Origin: Bacteroidota bacterium
Lineage (GTDB): Bacteria > Bacteroidota > Bacteroidia > Palsa-965
Direction: 5' to 3'
Length of the DNA: 64,000 nt
NCBI GenBank assembly: GCA_013288325.1
Contig: JABDCB010000001.1
Location: 44,287 to 108,286, forward strand
Positions 37,068-47,136 of the stretch are shown one piece after another. The stretch's first letter is position 1, and every line of letters begins with the position of its first letter. The translations under genes and the position numbers were made by a program. Under the pieces are notes generated by a model, which was not told the DNA's origin, made no database searches, and saw only the letters and a program-made list of their open reading frames with translations.

Positions 37068-40000
37068 CTAATCGATCTTCACCCGTCGGATATCATTTCG
37101 CCCATAAAATAAGGGGAAATACATCAACTCTACTTTAGCCGGATTGAGTGTGTAGTTTCCCGTATATCGGGGCTGCAAAGAAATATCAAAGGTCCAGGTG
37201 CCGGCAGGTAATGACTCACAAAAGATAAGTACTTTGTTTTTCAGATACTCGCGGTGTACCTCATAGGCAGCATACGGCTGGTTTTTATTATTGTAACTAC
37301 AGCCTGCAGGGATCGGAATTTCAATCATGATATAGTCGGCTTTTTTTCTGGCCACTATTTCTGCCTTCATGGTTGCAACCTGTCCTGCTGGTAAGCCTTC
37401 CGATTTTTTTCCATTCTCCTCAAACCATGTTTTAACGGCATACAGATCTTCCTTTTTCTCCGGATGTGTATTCCAGTTTTTCCGGTATGCAGAGAAATAA
37501 ACGGGCCCACTTCCTTTTTTGGTGACCTGTAAGGTGTTATCCGTTGTTTTAATGCGTGCCGTGTAAGGGAATTCTTTAATAGATGCTGTCATTCCACCGC
37601 TGATATCAACCGTTGGTTTTGATTTCTTAGGATCATATTTACCCACGATAGCCGGGAGAATGGTTTCCAGAATACTGGCTGTTTCATAGGTATTGCGCCA
37701 GGTGTTGGCATCGCTGTGTTCCAGAAAATAGTTACGGATTCCCTGTACATTCTTTTCCTGCCCTTTTTCTTTTTCCAGAATGCGGTATGCCATCAGGCTT
37801 AACTGATTCCGATTATCATACCAATCGGTGCTTTGCTCGCCCCAGTAACATCCTCCGAGTACGGTTTCTTTTTTCTCTTTCAGCATCATGGCAAGATCAG
37901 CATCGATGTTTATTCCGTTTTGTTGTTTTAAAAGCAGCAAGGTATAACGGGTCCACATAGAGGGATTCTTTTCTTTTTGAGCCTCTGCTATATATTTCGC
38001 TGCATCAGAGAGATTCTTGTTTTCGGAAAGAACGCTCATAGCATGCAATAGTTCAGAACCGCTCAGGGCCGGAAGTTGGAAACGAAGGTTGTCGAGGCCT
38101 TTTTGTAAGGAAGCGGTTGTGTACGATGTTTTGGAAGCGAGACCGAGTACATGGGTGATCCAGGTGGTCATGAATATGTTTCCGGAAGGGGCATCATCCC
38201 ACCAGCCCCATGATCCGTCAGGGCGTTGTGCTTTTTCAAGTTTATGAAGAAGATGTTTTACTTCTTTCTCGCTTTTAAACGAGAGCCCCATTTTTTCGTC
38301 AATAATTTTTTGCTGAAGCAGGGCATTCAGTTTGGAGGCCATCTGCTCATTGCAGTAATAAGGATAGTTAGCGAGGTCCTTCATTTTGGCCATGAGCACA
38401 TCCAGGTCGTTATCGAGAACGGTTATTTCTGTATAAGCTCCTGGACTGTCGAGGGTAAAATGAAAAACAGAATCTTTTTCCAGGAAATAGTACACCCCTT
38501 TTGATTCTTCTGTTCCTATGGGGCAGATGGGAACGGTTTGCTGCACGCCATCGAAATAGCCTTCGGCCGACTCCAGGGAATATTCAAACCGTAAACTATC
38601 TTCAGCCGGAGCTACGATGAGCTGGCTTTGATTGAAACCATTACTTACAAGCTGGGTGCTCTGGCTGAGGGTTTCGTTTTTCAGTTTGAATATTGTCTTT
38701 ACGCTTAAGGGTGTTTTTCCATAGTTCATCACCTTCCCGATGATAAGGGTTGAATCGCCGGGAAGAAGAAAGCGGGGAGTATTTAAACTGGCCAGAAGCG
38801 GTTTGTATGATTTGGTGAAGGCTTTTGCCTCACCGCTTTGTTTATTGGCCGTAATAGCAATGGCTCCTGCTTTCCATCCGGTAACATCATCCGGAAAATG
38901 GAAACGGAACTGTACCTGTCCGCTGTCATTTGTCAACAGATTGGGTTGCCAGTAAGCACAATCGGAAAAAGCTTTGCGCATTTGTTTTTTGGGAATGAAG
39001 CGGTCGTTCCGGGTGGAGTCGGCGCTGAAAGAACTGGGGTCGGAAAGATAGTCGGGGTTAAGATCGTGGCTAAATTTTCCAAGGCGGGCTCTGCTACCCC
39101 GGGTAGAAATAGTCACTTCTTGCAGCGCTACACTCTGGTTGGCAAGTACACCAGGTTCGGTATACAATACACTTGCTAAGTCCTTATCTTCTGCTCCGTC
39201 GCGATCCTCTTCCGTCATTACTTGTCTGTTTGCAAATCCTCCTGATTTGCCTCCGGCCCATCCGAAGGTGCTATACCGGCTGCGATAAAAAGAAGACCTG
39301 TGCCGGTGATGAATAAAGATATGACGACATTCATTATAGGAATACAAAGTAGTTCCATCCACTTCCAGCGCAGTTTCGTCATAATACGCTTGAGGAGAAG
39401 AATTCTGCCCGGCCATCCAGAAGCTATGCTCAAGCGGATGTGGGGTTTGGGTTTTATGTCTGCATTGAATCACCTCTAATGCGGCACCGCTGGCGATATG
39501 GGAATGCAGCTCAATATTCTTGCCCTGATAAGCCAGATTATACGAGGAGAAATGATGAATGCTATCGTAGGTAGGAGAGAGCCGTATTTTTAATGAAGGA
39601 GAACAGTTTTCGCTTACGGTAAGACTGTAAATAGTTATATTCTTATATGTAGTATCAGGCACCACAAAGAGATCATAGATACCGGATTCCTTCATTTTTA
39701 CCAGAAAGTTTCCGGCAGCATCGCTTTTCATCTGGCCTTCTACACGACCGTTGTGCATCAGATAGGTAGTAATATCACTCGTATTCCTTGGGGCCAGAAA
39801 CGAGCCGGATATTTGCAATGGGGAATTAGTATAGCTCAAATCATATACATCGCATTTCACATTTTCAGGATGTAAGGAAGCAAGCGGTTTGAAGTCTTTC
39901 TTGTACACTTTGTCGAGGTGCATTTTTCCCGACTGAATATGAATCGAATTTTTGACAAAATAATTTCCCTTCTCATCATAGTAAGTGGCTTTATAAATTC

Positions 40001-42935
40001 CTGGTTTCAGATTCTCTACTTTTTTCTTTTGCCCTCCGAATGGAGACCTCCAGTCGCGCTGAAAGGCAACCACCCCATCAAACTGATCGGTACGTGCCAG
40101 CTCCATTCTGTAAACGCTCAGGCCTTCGTCTTCCAGAAGCAGATAGCTTCCGTTTTCTGTTTCGGTATAAGTGCCTTCCGGGCAAGCGCCATATGGGCGG
40201 TCTCCGTACAGATATTCAAAATTCTTTTTAAGTCTTGCCGCCGTGATGACAGTATCGCCCGTATCCTGATATTTATAATAATAATAACGGTGCAGTTTGG
40301 AGATATTAAAAACATAGGGTTTCTTGGTTACTTCGGAGCCGGCTATCTGATACTCAAATCCGGGTTGAAAGACGAAGCTGCCTTCATACGATTTACTGTA
40401 TTCATTCAATTGAAAATGAACGGTGTCATTTGGATGAAAGGTGGTGAAGCTTCTGCTCTGCAGGGCCTTAAAATTATTTCCCTGCCAGAAATATTGATCT
40501 TCGTACGAGTAGCCCGCAATATTATCCAACAGCAACACATTTTTATTTACCACTTCTTTTTCCTCCCTGGTGAGGTGTTTGCCTCTCTTAACGACAACAA
40601 CACCCGCCGGGGGCTGATCTTTACTGAAGGAGAGCTCCAGCTTTTGTCCTTTACGGAACTCTACATTGGTAAGCGTATATTCTTTGTCGTAAGTGCGTAA
40701 TCTGACGGTGTGTTTCCCTTCCGGAACCAAAAAGGACCAGGGCGAATGATCCTGATGAGCTCCGTATTTGGAATAATAAAAACTGCCGAGTACAAACACA
40801 GGCTGATCATCTACGTAAATAAAATAAATGCGGGAAAGACCATTTTTTGTAGCAATGAACGGCGCAAATTGTGGTTGGCTGGTGGAAACCGGAAAATAAT
40901 GTGTGTATAAAGACGCTCCGGGATTATGGATGTGATAGAAAGGAATGGTGTCGAGTCTCAGTCTTTTGTACCAATATTTTTTAAAGCCTACATCGTTTTG
41001 TACCCCATTCTCCCACATCTGATAAGTACGGAAAGCGTGTTTTTTCAGTTTAGCACTTTTGTTATAATTCGGAGCATAAGCAAGAGGCTGACTATTAAAC
41101 TGTGCATTGATACAACTGAGCGTAATGTTTGCATCTTTAACAGGCTTCGCATCGTAGTCATGTACCTTAACGGTAACAGCAGCATCCCCACCCGGATATG
41201 TTTCGGATGGTTGCTTCATCTCCACCTGCAAGGTTTTTTCTTTGGGCAGAATATTCAATACCTGGCATTCGTTTATCCGTTCATCACATAAGTGCGTAAT
41301 AATCCGGTAGGGAGTATGTCCGGGATCGGAAGCTTTATAATCGAAATGTCGGCTCACGCCTTCTTTGATTTTTACTTCGTTTCGGTATAACTCCCAGTTA
41401 AATAGCTTACCGCCCGGATTTTCCACACCGGCAAAAATGGAATCTTTGTTGCGATAACCATACAAACTCAGGCGTTTTGGAGTCAGATCATATTCTTCCT
41501 GTATGCCGTCACATTTTATAAGCAGGGAGTTCACATTGGCTAAAGGTTGTATGGTGCCCGGAAATGTAAAAGGAACTGTACTTAGCGAATCCCGATCCTT
41601 ACCAACGAAAGTAACAGAGCCTTGCATACTTTGCTGCTTACCCTTTTTTGAATACGTGATTTCATACACAGAATCATGATCGGCAACCTCTATATGTTGT
41701 ACTTGCTGCTTAATGGTAAAATATGTGGAATCGATATGCAACTCATTATTACTGTTCCGGAAACGGGCCCTTACCTTATATTGTACACCGGAAGAGGAGA
41801 AGCGTGCAGGTGGCAGATCAATACGGGTTTCGCCTGACGGTTCCAGGCTATGCGTGTTTTTATAGATGCTGAATGCAAAATCTTCTGAATCCAGAGCCGG
41901 GTCCAGAATCACATGGGTTATGACTTCCACCTCTGCTGAGGCGTCAAAAAGAGGAAGCCCGTTAAAATCAGTACCGGAAAGAAAAATAGTTATACTGTCA
42001 CCGGCCGAATATGCTTTTTTAGATGTACGAATGGAATATTTGGTTTGATCAAGCTGATAATCCTCCGTTTGAAAACTGCTCGAGAATAGCTCCACATTGT
42101 CCCGCCCCTTTTTAACCTTGTTGGTGCGATAGACCTCGACAGGGTATTTACGATCCATTTTAAATGAATCGCCCACTACAAACTGGCAAACATACGCTCC
42201 GGGAGATACCGGATGAAAACGGGTTTTAAATAGAGTACCTTGTCCTTTCCAGTAATACTCTTCTTTCTTAACCCGGAGTTCCAGCTCTTCCTCCATGGGT
42301 TTATTTTTGTAATAAATAAAAGCTTTGAGTTTAACCGTATCACCCTGCCGGTAACGTGGACGGCTAAAAGCAATAAAGCCGTTTGGAGAAGAGTCGTAAC
42401 TATCTCTTTTTGCTGAACGCTCGGACTTTGTAGTAAGAAACAACGTTTCGCCCCGGGCTTCAATTTTTAGTTTGCCGTTTTTCTGGCTCCCGGGCAACAT
42501 ATAAGCCATTCGTGAAACGTCGTAAGGAACCAATCTCCCGGAAAGGGTTACCGACGCATCGGCTACGGGTTTGTCAGTCGCTTTCTCGGTAATACGCAGC
42601 GCAAAATCTTTTCCGGTGTTTACTACATGAATATTCATGGAGGTGATGGTTACCACCTGGTAACGAAATGATAACTGATCAGGTACTACAAACAGATAAT
42701 GACCCGCGGCTGGTATTTTTGAATAATTGGCTGTGACAGGAACGGAATCATAAAGGGTGTGAAAAAAGGTGGAGTCGATGATGGTTTTGGGGGACAGAAA
42801 TAATTTTTCAGCCTCTTTGACATTAAGCTTATATATATACGTATTGACGGATGCTGTCAGGTTGCGGTTTCGTTGCGCTTCTAACCCGTTAAAAAATAAG
42901 ATACAGATAAGAGGAATAAAAAGTCTGAGTTTCAT
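37068..42935 (-). CDS. Bacterial alpha-2-macroglobulin family protein
   Basis: Thioester YPYYCNEQ (CNEQ at 38343-38354), AYWQPNL, PDDVTGW, PRFL, QRPDGSWGWW, IEIPIPAG, PAKVELMY. Confidence 0.92.
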   Translation of the reverse strand: MKLRLFIPLICILFFNGLEAQRNRNLTASVNTYIYKLNVKEAEKLFLSPKTIIDSTFFHTLYDSVPVTANYSKIPAAGHYLFVVPDQLSFRYQVVTITSMNIHVVNTGKDFALRITEKATDKPVADASVTLSGRLVPYDVSRMAYMLPGSQKNGKLKIEARGETLFLTTKSERSAKRDSYDSSPNGFIAFSRPRYRQGDTVKLKAFIYYKNKPMEEELELRVKKEEYYWKGQGTLFKTRFHPVSPGAYVCQFVVGDSFKMDRKYPVEVYRTNKVKKGRDNVELFSSSFQTEDYQLDQTKYSIRTSKKAYSAGDSITIFLSGTDFNGLPLFDASAEVEVITHVILDPALDSEDFAFSIYKNTHSLEPSGETRIDLPPARFSSSGVQYKVRARFRNSNNELHIDSTYFTIKQQVQHIEVADHDSVYEITYSKKGKQQSMQGSVTFVGKDRDSLSTVPFTFPGTIQPLANVNSLLIKCDGIQEEYDLTPKRLSLYGYRNKDSIFAGVENPGGKLFNWELYRNEVKIKEGVSRHFDYKASDPGHTPYRIITHLCDERINECQVLNILPKEKTLQVEMKQPSETYPGGDAAVTVKVHDYDAKPVKDANITLSCINAQFNSQPLAYAPNYNKSAKLKKHAFRTYQMWENGVQNDVGFKKYWYKRLRLDTIPFYHIHNPGASLYTHYFPVSTSQPQFAPFIATKNGLSRIYFIYVDDQPVFVLGSFYYSKYGAHQDHSPWSFLVPEGKHTVRLRTYDKEYTLTNVEFRKGQKLELSFSKDQPPAGVVVVKRGKHLTREEKEVVNKNVLLLDNIAGYSYEDQYFWQGNNFKALQSRSFTTFHPNDTVHFQLNEYSKSYEGSFVFQPGFEYQIAGSEVTKKPYVFNISKLHRYYYYKYQDTGDTVITAARLKKNFEYLYGDRPYGACPEGTYTETENGSYLLLEDEGLSVYRMELARTDQFDGVVAFQRDWRSPFGGQKKKVENLKPGIYKATYYDEKGNYFVKNSIHIQSGKMHLDKVYKKDFKPLASLHPENVKCDVYDLSYTNSPLQISGSFLAPRNTSDITTYLMHNGRVEGQMKSDAAGNFLVKMKESGIYDLFVVPDTTYKNITIYSLTVSENCSPSLKIRLSPTYDSIHHFSSYNLAYQGKNIELHSHIASGAALEVIQCRHKTQTPHPLEHSFWMAGQNSSPQAYYDETALEVDGTTLYSYNECRHIFIHHRHRSSFYRSRYSTFGWAGGKSGGFANRQVMTEEDRDGAEDKDLASVLYTEPGVLANQSVALQEVTISTRGSRARLGKFSHDLNPDYLSDPSSFSADSTRNDRFIPKKQMRKAFSDCAYWQPNLLTNDSGQVQFRFHFPDDVTGWKAGAIAITANKQSGEAKAFTKSYKPLLASLNTPRFLLPGDSTLIIGKVMNYGKTPLSVKTIFKLKNETLSQSTQLVSNGFNQSQLIVAPAEDSLRFEYSLESAEGYFDGVQQTVPICPIGTEESKGVYYFLEKDSVFHFTLDSPGAYTEITVLDNDLDVLMAKMKDLANYPYYCNEQMASKLNALLQQKIIDEKMGLSFKSEKEVKHLLHKLEKAQRPDGSWGWWDDAPSGNIFMTTWITHVLGLASKTSYTTASLQKGLDNLRFQLPALSGSELLHAMSVLSENKNLSDAAKYIAEAQKEKNPSMWTRYTLLLLKQQNGINIDADLAMMLKEKKETVLGGCYWGEQSTDWYDNRNQLSLMAYRILEKEKGQEKNVQGIRNYFLEHSDANTWRNTYETASILETILPAIVGKYDPKKSKPTVDISGGMTASIKEFPYTARIKTTDNTLQVTKKGSGPVYFSAYRKNWNTHPEKKEDLYAVKTWFEENGKKSEGLPAGQVATMKAEIVARKKADYIMIEIPIPAGCSYNNKNQPYAAYEVHREYLKNKVLIFCESLPAGTWTFDISLQPRYTGNYTLNPAKVELMYFPLFYGRNDIRRVKID

Positions 42936-43141
42936 AAAAGGTAGTTCATGGAGGGGTGCTATTCAAAGATAGAATAATTGCGGTATTCTCTCCCAGGCAC
43001 CCTCCTGCCTATTAGGACGTCAATTTAAGAGACGGTTGCCTGCCTTAAATTCCATAAATCAATCTGAAATTTTTATGGGCGTTTATGGAATGTCATACCC
43101 CCCTGCATCTAATGGGTGTATTTACTCCTAAATCTGCTGCT

Positions 43142-46100
43142 ATGAAACTGAGCAAATTCTTTTTGTTACCCGCCATTGCAGGAACTGCTACGGTTCTGTT
43201 TACGCTGCCAGGCGTCGTTCCCCCTCAAGCTGCTAATAGCTTGCAAATTGTTAGGGAACAGCAACTTAGTGATAAAACATATCGGATAAAAGGAGATTCA
43301 GATTCGCTCTTTACCCTTCCTTCGGGAAAAATAAAATCCCCTGCTTTGCTTGTAAAAAAAGAGGCCGGAGACAGTTCTTCCGTCCCTTTAAGAATTACCA
43401 ACTGTCAGGTAGAGATACAGGTGATAGGAACCATTTCGCGGACAACACTGGATCTTACCTTTTATAATGACCTGAACAGACAGCTGGAAGGAGAGTTTTG
43501 TTTCCCGTTGGGGGACGGTCAACGGGTATCAGGTTTTGCTCTGGAGGTGGAAGGGAAAATGAGAGAAGGAGTGGTAGTAGGAAAAACGGAAGGGCGACAG
43601 ATTTTTGAATCGGTAGTAAGAAGAAGAATAGATCCGGGACTGCTGGAATGGACAGCCGGGAATAATTTCCGGGCACGGGTATTTCCTATTCTTGCCAAAG
43701 CCAGCAAACATATACGGGTAACATTCGAATCTGAACTTTTGTCCGCACCGGGAGCCTATGTGTATTTTTTACCGATGGATTACCAGACTAAAATCGATGA
43801 GTTTTCCATTCGTGCCGAAGTGATTCACCAGGTAGTGAAACCGGAAACCTATGGAAAGGGAGTTACCACGCTGGAGTTCAGCTCCTGGAACAACTCCTGG
43901 ACTGCATCCAGGAAGATGAAAGACTACCTCCCCAATACACCTATCGCCTTTGATATACCCCGCACAGAGCAGACTCAACGGGTATTTATGGAAAAGGGAA
44001 AAGGAGATTCGGCCTGGTTCTGCCTTTCGCTGGAGCCTGCCAAATACAAACAGGCTAAGAAATTGCCATCCAAAATCTGTCTCTTATGGGATGTGAGCGG
44101 CTCGGGAGCAGGAAGAAACATAAAAAAGGAAGAAGAAATTCTGGATCGGTATTTCGGCAAAATACAGGATGCCTCGGTGCGTCTGGTTACTTTCAGCAAC
44201 GATGTTAACAGTAATACGGAATATAAACTGGAAAAAGGGCAGTGGTCTGCATTGCATGCTGCAATCGATAGCCTGGATTATGACGGAGGCACTCAACTGG
44301 GAGCTGTCAATCTGAAAAAATATTCCTGTGATGAATTTCTGTTGTTCAGCGATGGGTTGTCCAATTTCGGGCAGGAAGAAATGACAACAAGCAGCGTTCC
44401 GGTTATGGCCATCACCAGTTCTCAGCTGGCCGATTACGAATACCTACGTCATCTGGCACGGGTTACCAACGGACAGTTTATCAATGCACTTACCTGCACC
44501 GCTCAGGAGGCGGAACAGAAACTGGAAACACAGCCTTACCGTTTTATTTCGGCAACATATGATGGAAACACCATCACCCAGGTATATCCCTCCATAAGTA
44601 CAGATGTGGGAAGAACCATGACTTTTTCCGGAATGATGAAAGGAACAGAAGGAGAAATCACATTGAATTTCGGCTTCGGATCGGAAATTGTAGCAACAGA
44701 GAAAGTGAAGCTCAGCAGGGCTGCAGGCGGTGAAGTTCCGGAAAGTGTGCAAGGTATTTTGCCTGCTATATGGGCTCAGAAAAAAATGGAGGAACTGGAA
44801 GGCAATGCCGAAAAGAACAAAGAAGAGATTACGGCATTGGGGAAAAAATATTCCGTCGTATCTCGCTATACTTCATTGCTGGTGCTTGATCGTCTGGAAG
44901 ATTATATGCAATACCAGGTGATGCCGCCGGAAGGAAATATGAGAGAAGAATATCTGGCCCGCACAGGAGAAGAGCACCGTATCAAAGTGAAATCGGATAA
45001 GGAACACATGGAAACCGTAGTACGAGATTTTAATGAACGCCTGGAATGGTGGAAAAAAGAATATAAACCCGATACGAACCGGTTCAAATGGACAGATGGG
45101 GAAGGGAGAACTCATGGATATAATTATACCATAAGGGCCGATAGCGTGAGTGGTAACATCGGTAGAATGAGTTTGCAAAGTGTACAGATCACAAATAGCA
45201 ATGCAGTCACGTATAATTTCTCGAGTAATGGGGCATCAAGAGAAACAAATGCCGGAGCAATGCAGTCTTATGAAGCAAGGTCGGCCGACGAGAGCGGAGT
45301 ACTGGCGGATGATATGAATACAGGAAAGGCGGATAAGAAAGCAGAGGGGAGGGGTCCTGGGGAGTTCAAGGAGAACCACGCTGCCATAGAACTTAAAACC
45401 TGGGACCCTCAGACACCTTATATGACCAAACTGAAAGAAGCTAAACCGGGCATGTTGCTTGCAACTTACCGCAAGCTAAGAGAAAGCTATAAAAAGACTC
45501 CTTCATTCTTTTTGGATGCGTCCGATTATTTTGCAAAACTGGGAGAAAACAAGGAAGCTGTGCGCATCCTTTCCAATCTGGCAGAACTGAATGCGGAAGA
45601 TCACCAGGCACTGCGGGTATTGGCACACCGGTTGGAGCAGCAGGGATACCTGGATCTTTCCATTCTTACCTTCCGCAAAATCCAGAAAATAAGAAGTGAA
45701 GAACCTCAGAGTTACCGGGATCTTGGACTGGCTCTGGCTGCCAATAAAGAATATCCGGAAGCATTGCATTGGCTTTGTAAGGTAGTAAACCATAGTTGGG
45801 ATCCGAGGTTTCCAAAGATTGAAAGCCTGGTGGCTTGTGAAATAAATCATATCCTGGGTGTGACAGGAGGAAATATACGACCCGATTCCCTCGACTCACG
45901 CCTTATTGCAGCGATGCCAGTGGATGTAAGAGTAGTGATAAACTGGGATTCGAATGACTGTGATCTTGATTTGTGGACTACCGATCCCTATGGAGAATTG
46001 TGTATGTACAACCACCCCCTTACGGTGGCAGGTGGAAGAATATCCAGCGATTTTACAGGAGGATATGGACCGGAAGAGTTTATTATTAAAAAGGCATCGA

Positions 46101-46291
46101 AGGGAAAATATAATATACAGGTCAATTACTTTGGCAATCATCAGCAAAACCTTTATGGGCCGGCAACTGTTCAGGCTGAGCTGTATACTAATTATGGAAA
46201 ACCCAATGAGGTGAAAAAAGTTATTACCCTTCGTCTGAAAGATAATAAGGAAGTGGTGGATATAGGGGCGCTGAGTTTTAAAGGAAACTGA
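43142..46291 (+). CDS. VIT + vWA + TPR + DUF2135 (YfaP-like) exported protein
   Basis: VIT (LEGEFCFPL, DPGLLE), MIDAS-like WDVSGS, TPR, C-terminal DLDLWTTDP...GGYGPEEF; start revised to MKLSKF. Confidence 0.88.
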   Translation: MKLSKFFLLPAIAGTATVLFTLPGVVPPQAANSLQIVREQQLSDKTYRIKGDSDSLFTLPSGKIKSPALLVKKEAGDSSSVPLRITNCQVEIQVIGTISRTTLDLTFYNDLNRQLEGEFCFPLGDGQRVSGFALEVEGKMREGVVVGKTEGRQIFESVVRRRIDPGLLEWTAGNNFRARVFPILAKASKHIRVTFESELLSAPGAYVYFLPMDYQTKIDEFSIRAEVIHQVVKPETYGKGVTTLEFSSWNNSWTASRKMKDYLPNTPIAFDIPRTEQTQRVFMEKGKGDSAWFCLSLEPAKYKQAKKLPSKICLLWDVSGSGAGRNIKKEEEILDRYFGKIQDASVRLVTFSNDVNSNTEYKLEKGQWSALHAAIDSLDYDGGTQLGAVNLKKYSCDEFLLFSDGLSNFGQEEMTTSSVPVMAITSSQLADYEYLRHLARVTNGQFINALTCTAQEAEQKLETQPYRFISATYDGNTITQVYPSISTDVGRTMTFSGMMKGTEGEITLNFGFGSEIVATEKVKLSRAAGGEVPESVQGILPAIWAQKKMEELEGNAEKNKEEITALGKKYSVVSRYTSLLVLDRLEDYMQYQVMPPEGNMREEYLARTGEEHRIKVKSDKEHMETVVRDFNERLEWWKKEYKPDTNRFKWTDGEGRTHGYNYTIRADSVSGNIGRMSLQSVQITNSNAVTYNFSSNGASRETNAGAMQSYEARSADESGVLADDMNTGKADKKAEGRGPGEFKENHAAIELKTWDPQTPYMTKLKEAKPGMLLATYRKLRESYKKTPSFFLDASDYFAKLGENKEAVRILSNLAELNAEDHQALRVLAHRLEQQGYLDLSILTFRKIQKIRSEEPQSYRDLGLALAANKEYPEALHWLCKVVNHSWDPRFPKIESLVACEINHILGVTGGNIRPDSLDSRLIAAMPVDVRVVINWDSNDCDLDLWTTDPYGELCMYNHPLTVAGGRISSDFTGGYGPEEFIIKKASKGKYNIQVNYFGNHQQNLYGPATVQAELYTNYGKPNEVKKVITLRLKDNKEVVDIGALSFKGN

Positions 46292-46419
46292 CGAGTGGAT
46301 TACGGTTTTGTTAAAAAATGTGAAGGCTATCTGCGGAAATTCACCAGATAGCCTTTTTTCGACGAATGAATGAACAACTGTTCTGATTTACCCGTAAATT
46401 TAGAACAGGTATAAAATGT

Positions 46420-47100
46420 ATGAAGAGCATTCGTCTTGCAATTCTTTTTCTTTTCCTCTCCGTCCTTGCCGGGGCCAGAAATTTTGATTTCCCGGATATT
46501 CGTTCCTCAGCCAAAGACATTGATGATTTTATTCCCGAAGGATGGACTTTAATGGATAGTGTTTCCGGTGATCTGAACAAGGATGGTTTTGCCGATAAAG
46601 CATTGGTGATAGAATATGACGATTCCGTTGTGGAAACAAGACCCAATGGCTGTAGCAGACTTGACCACCCCCGTATATTATTGGTGCTGTTAAAAAACGC
46701 TTCGGGTAAATACACCCTTGCTCTTCAGGATAATTCGTTTCTATACCGCACCGGTGAGGCCGGACTTATGCATGGCGACCCGTATGAAAAAATGGATATT
46801 AACGGAGATACCCTGAGCATTGATTTTATGCGCTCGCGCGGACATATGAGCTACGATTTTGTTTTTAAAGACGATGACTTATGGCTCATCAGCGCTTATA
46901 ACAGTTATGTGAGTACAACAGGCACTATCGACGAATGGGAATTTGATTTCGTGAATCAAAAGGCGATTCATATTCTGGGAGCTGTAGAAGAGAAAGATAT
47001 TTATGAAGTCCATTCACGTATTCCCTGTGAACAGCTTAAAACGCTGGATGATTTAAAAATGCCCCAGCTCTGGGAAGTGTTTCAGCATGTTTTTATCTGA
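46420..47100 (+). CDS. Hypothetical exported protein
   Basis: Signal peptide; GDLNKDGFAD Ca-binding-like motif. Confidence 0.75.
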   Translation: MKSIRLAILFLFLSVLAGARNFDFPDIRSSAKDIDDFIPEGWTLMDSVSGDLNKDGFADKALVIEYDDSVVETRPNGCSRLDHPRILLVLLKNASGKYTLALQDNSFLYRTGEAGLMHGDPYEKMDINGDTLSIDFMRSRGHMSYDFVFKDDDLWLISAYNSYVSTTGTIDEWEFDFVNQKAIHILGAVEEKDIYEVHSRIPCEQLKTLDDLKMPQLWEVFQHVFI

Positions 47101-47136
47101 AAATATTTTTTCTTTCCTCCTGATTATCCCGTTGCT

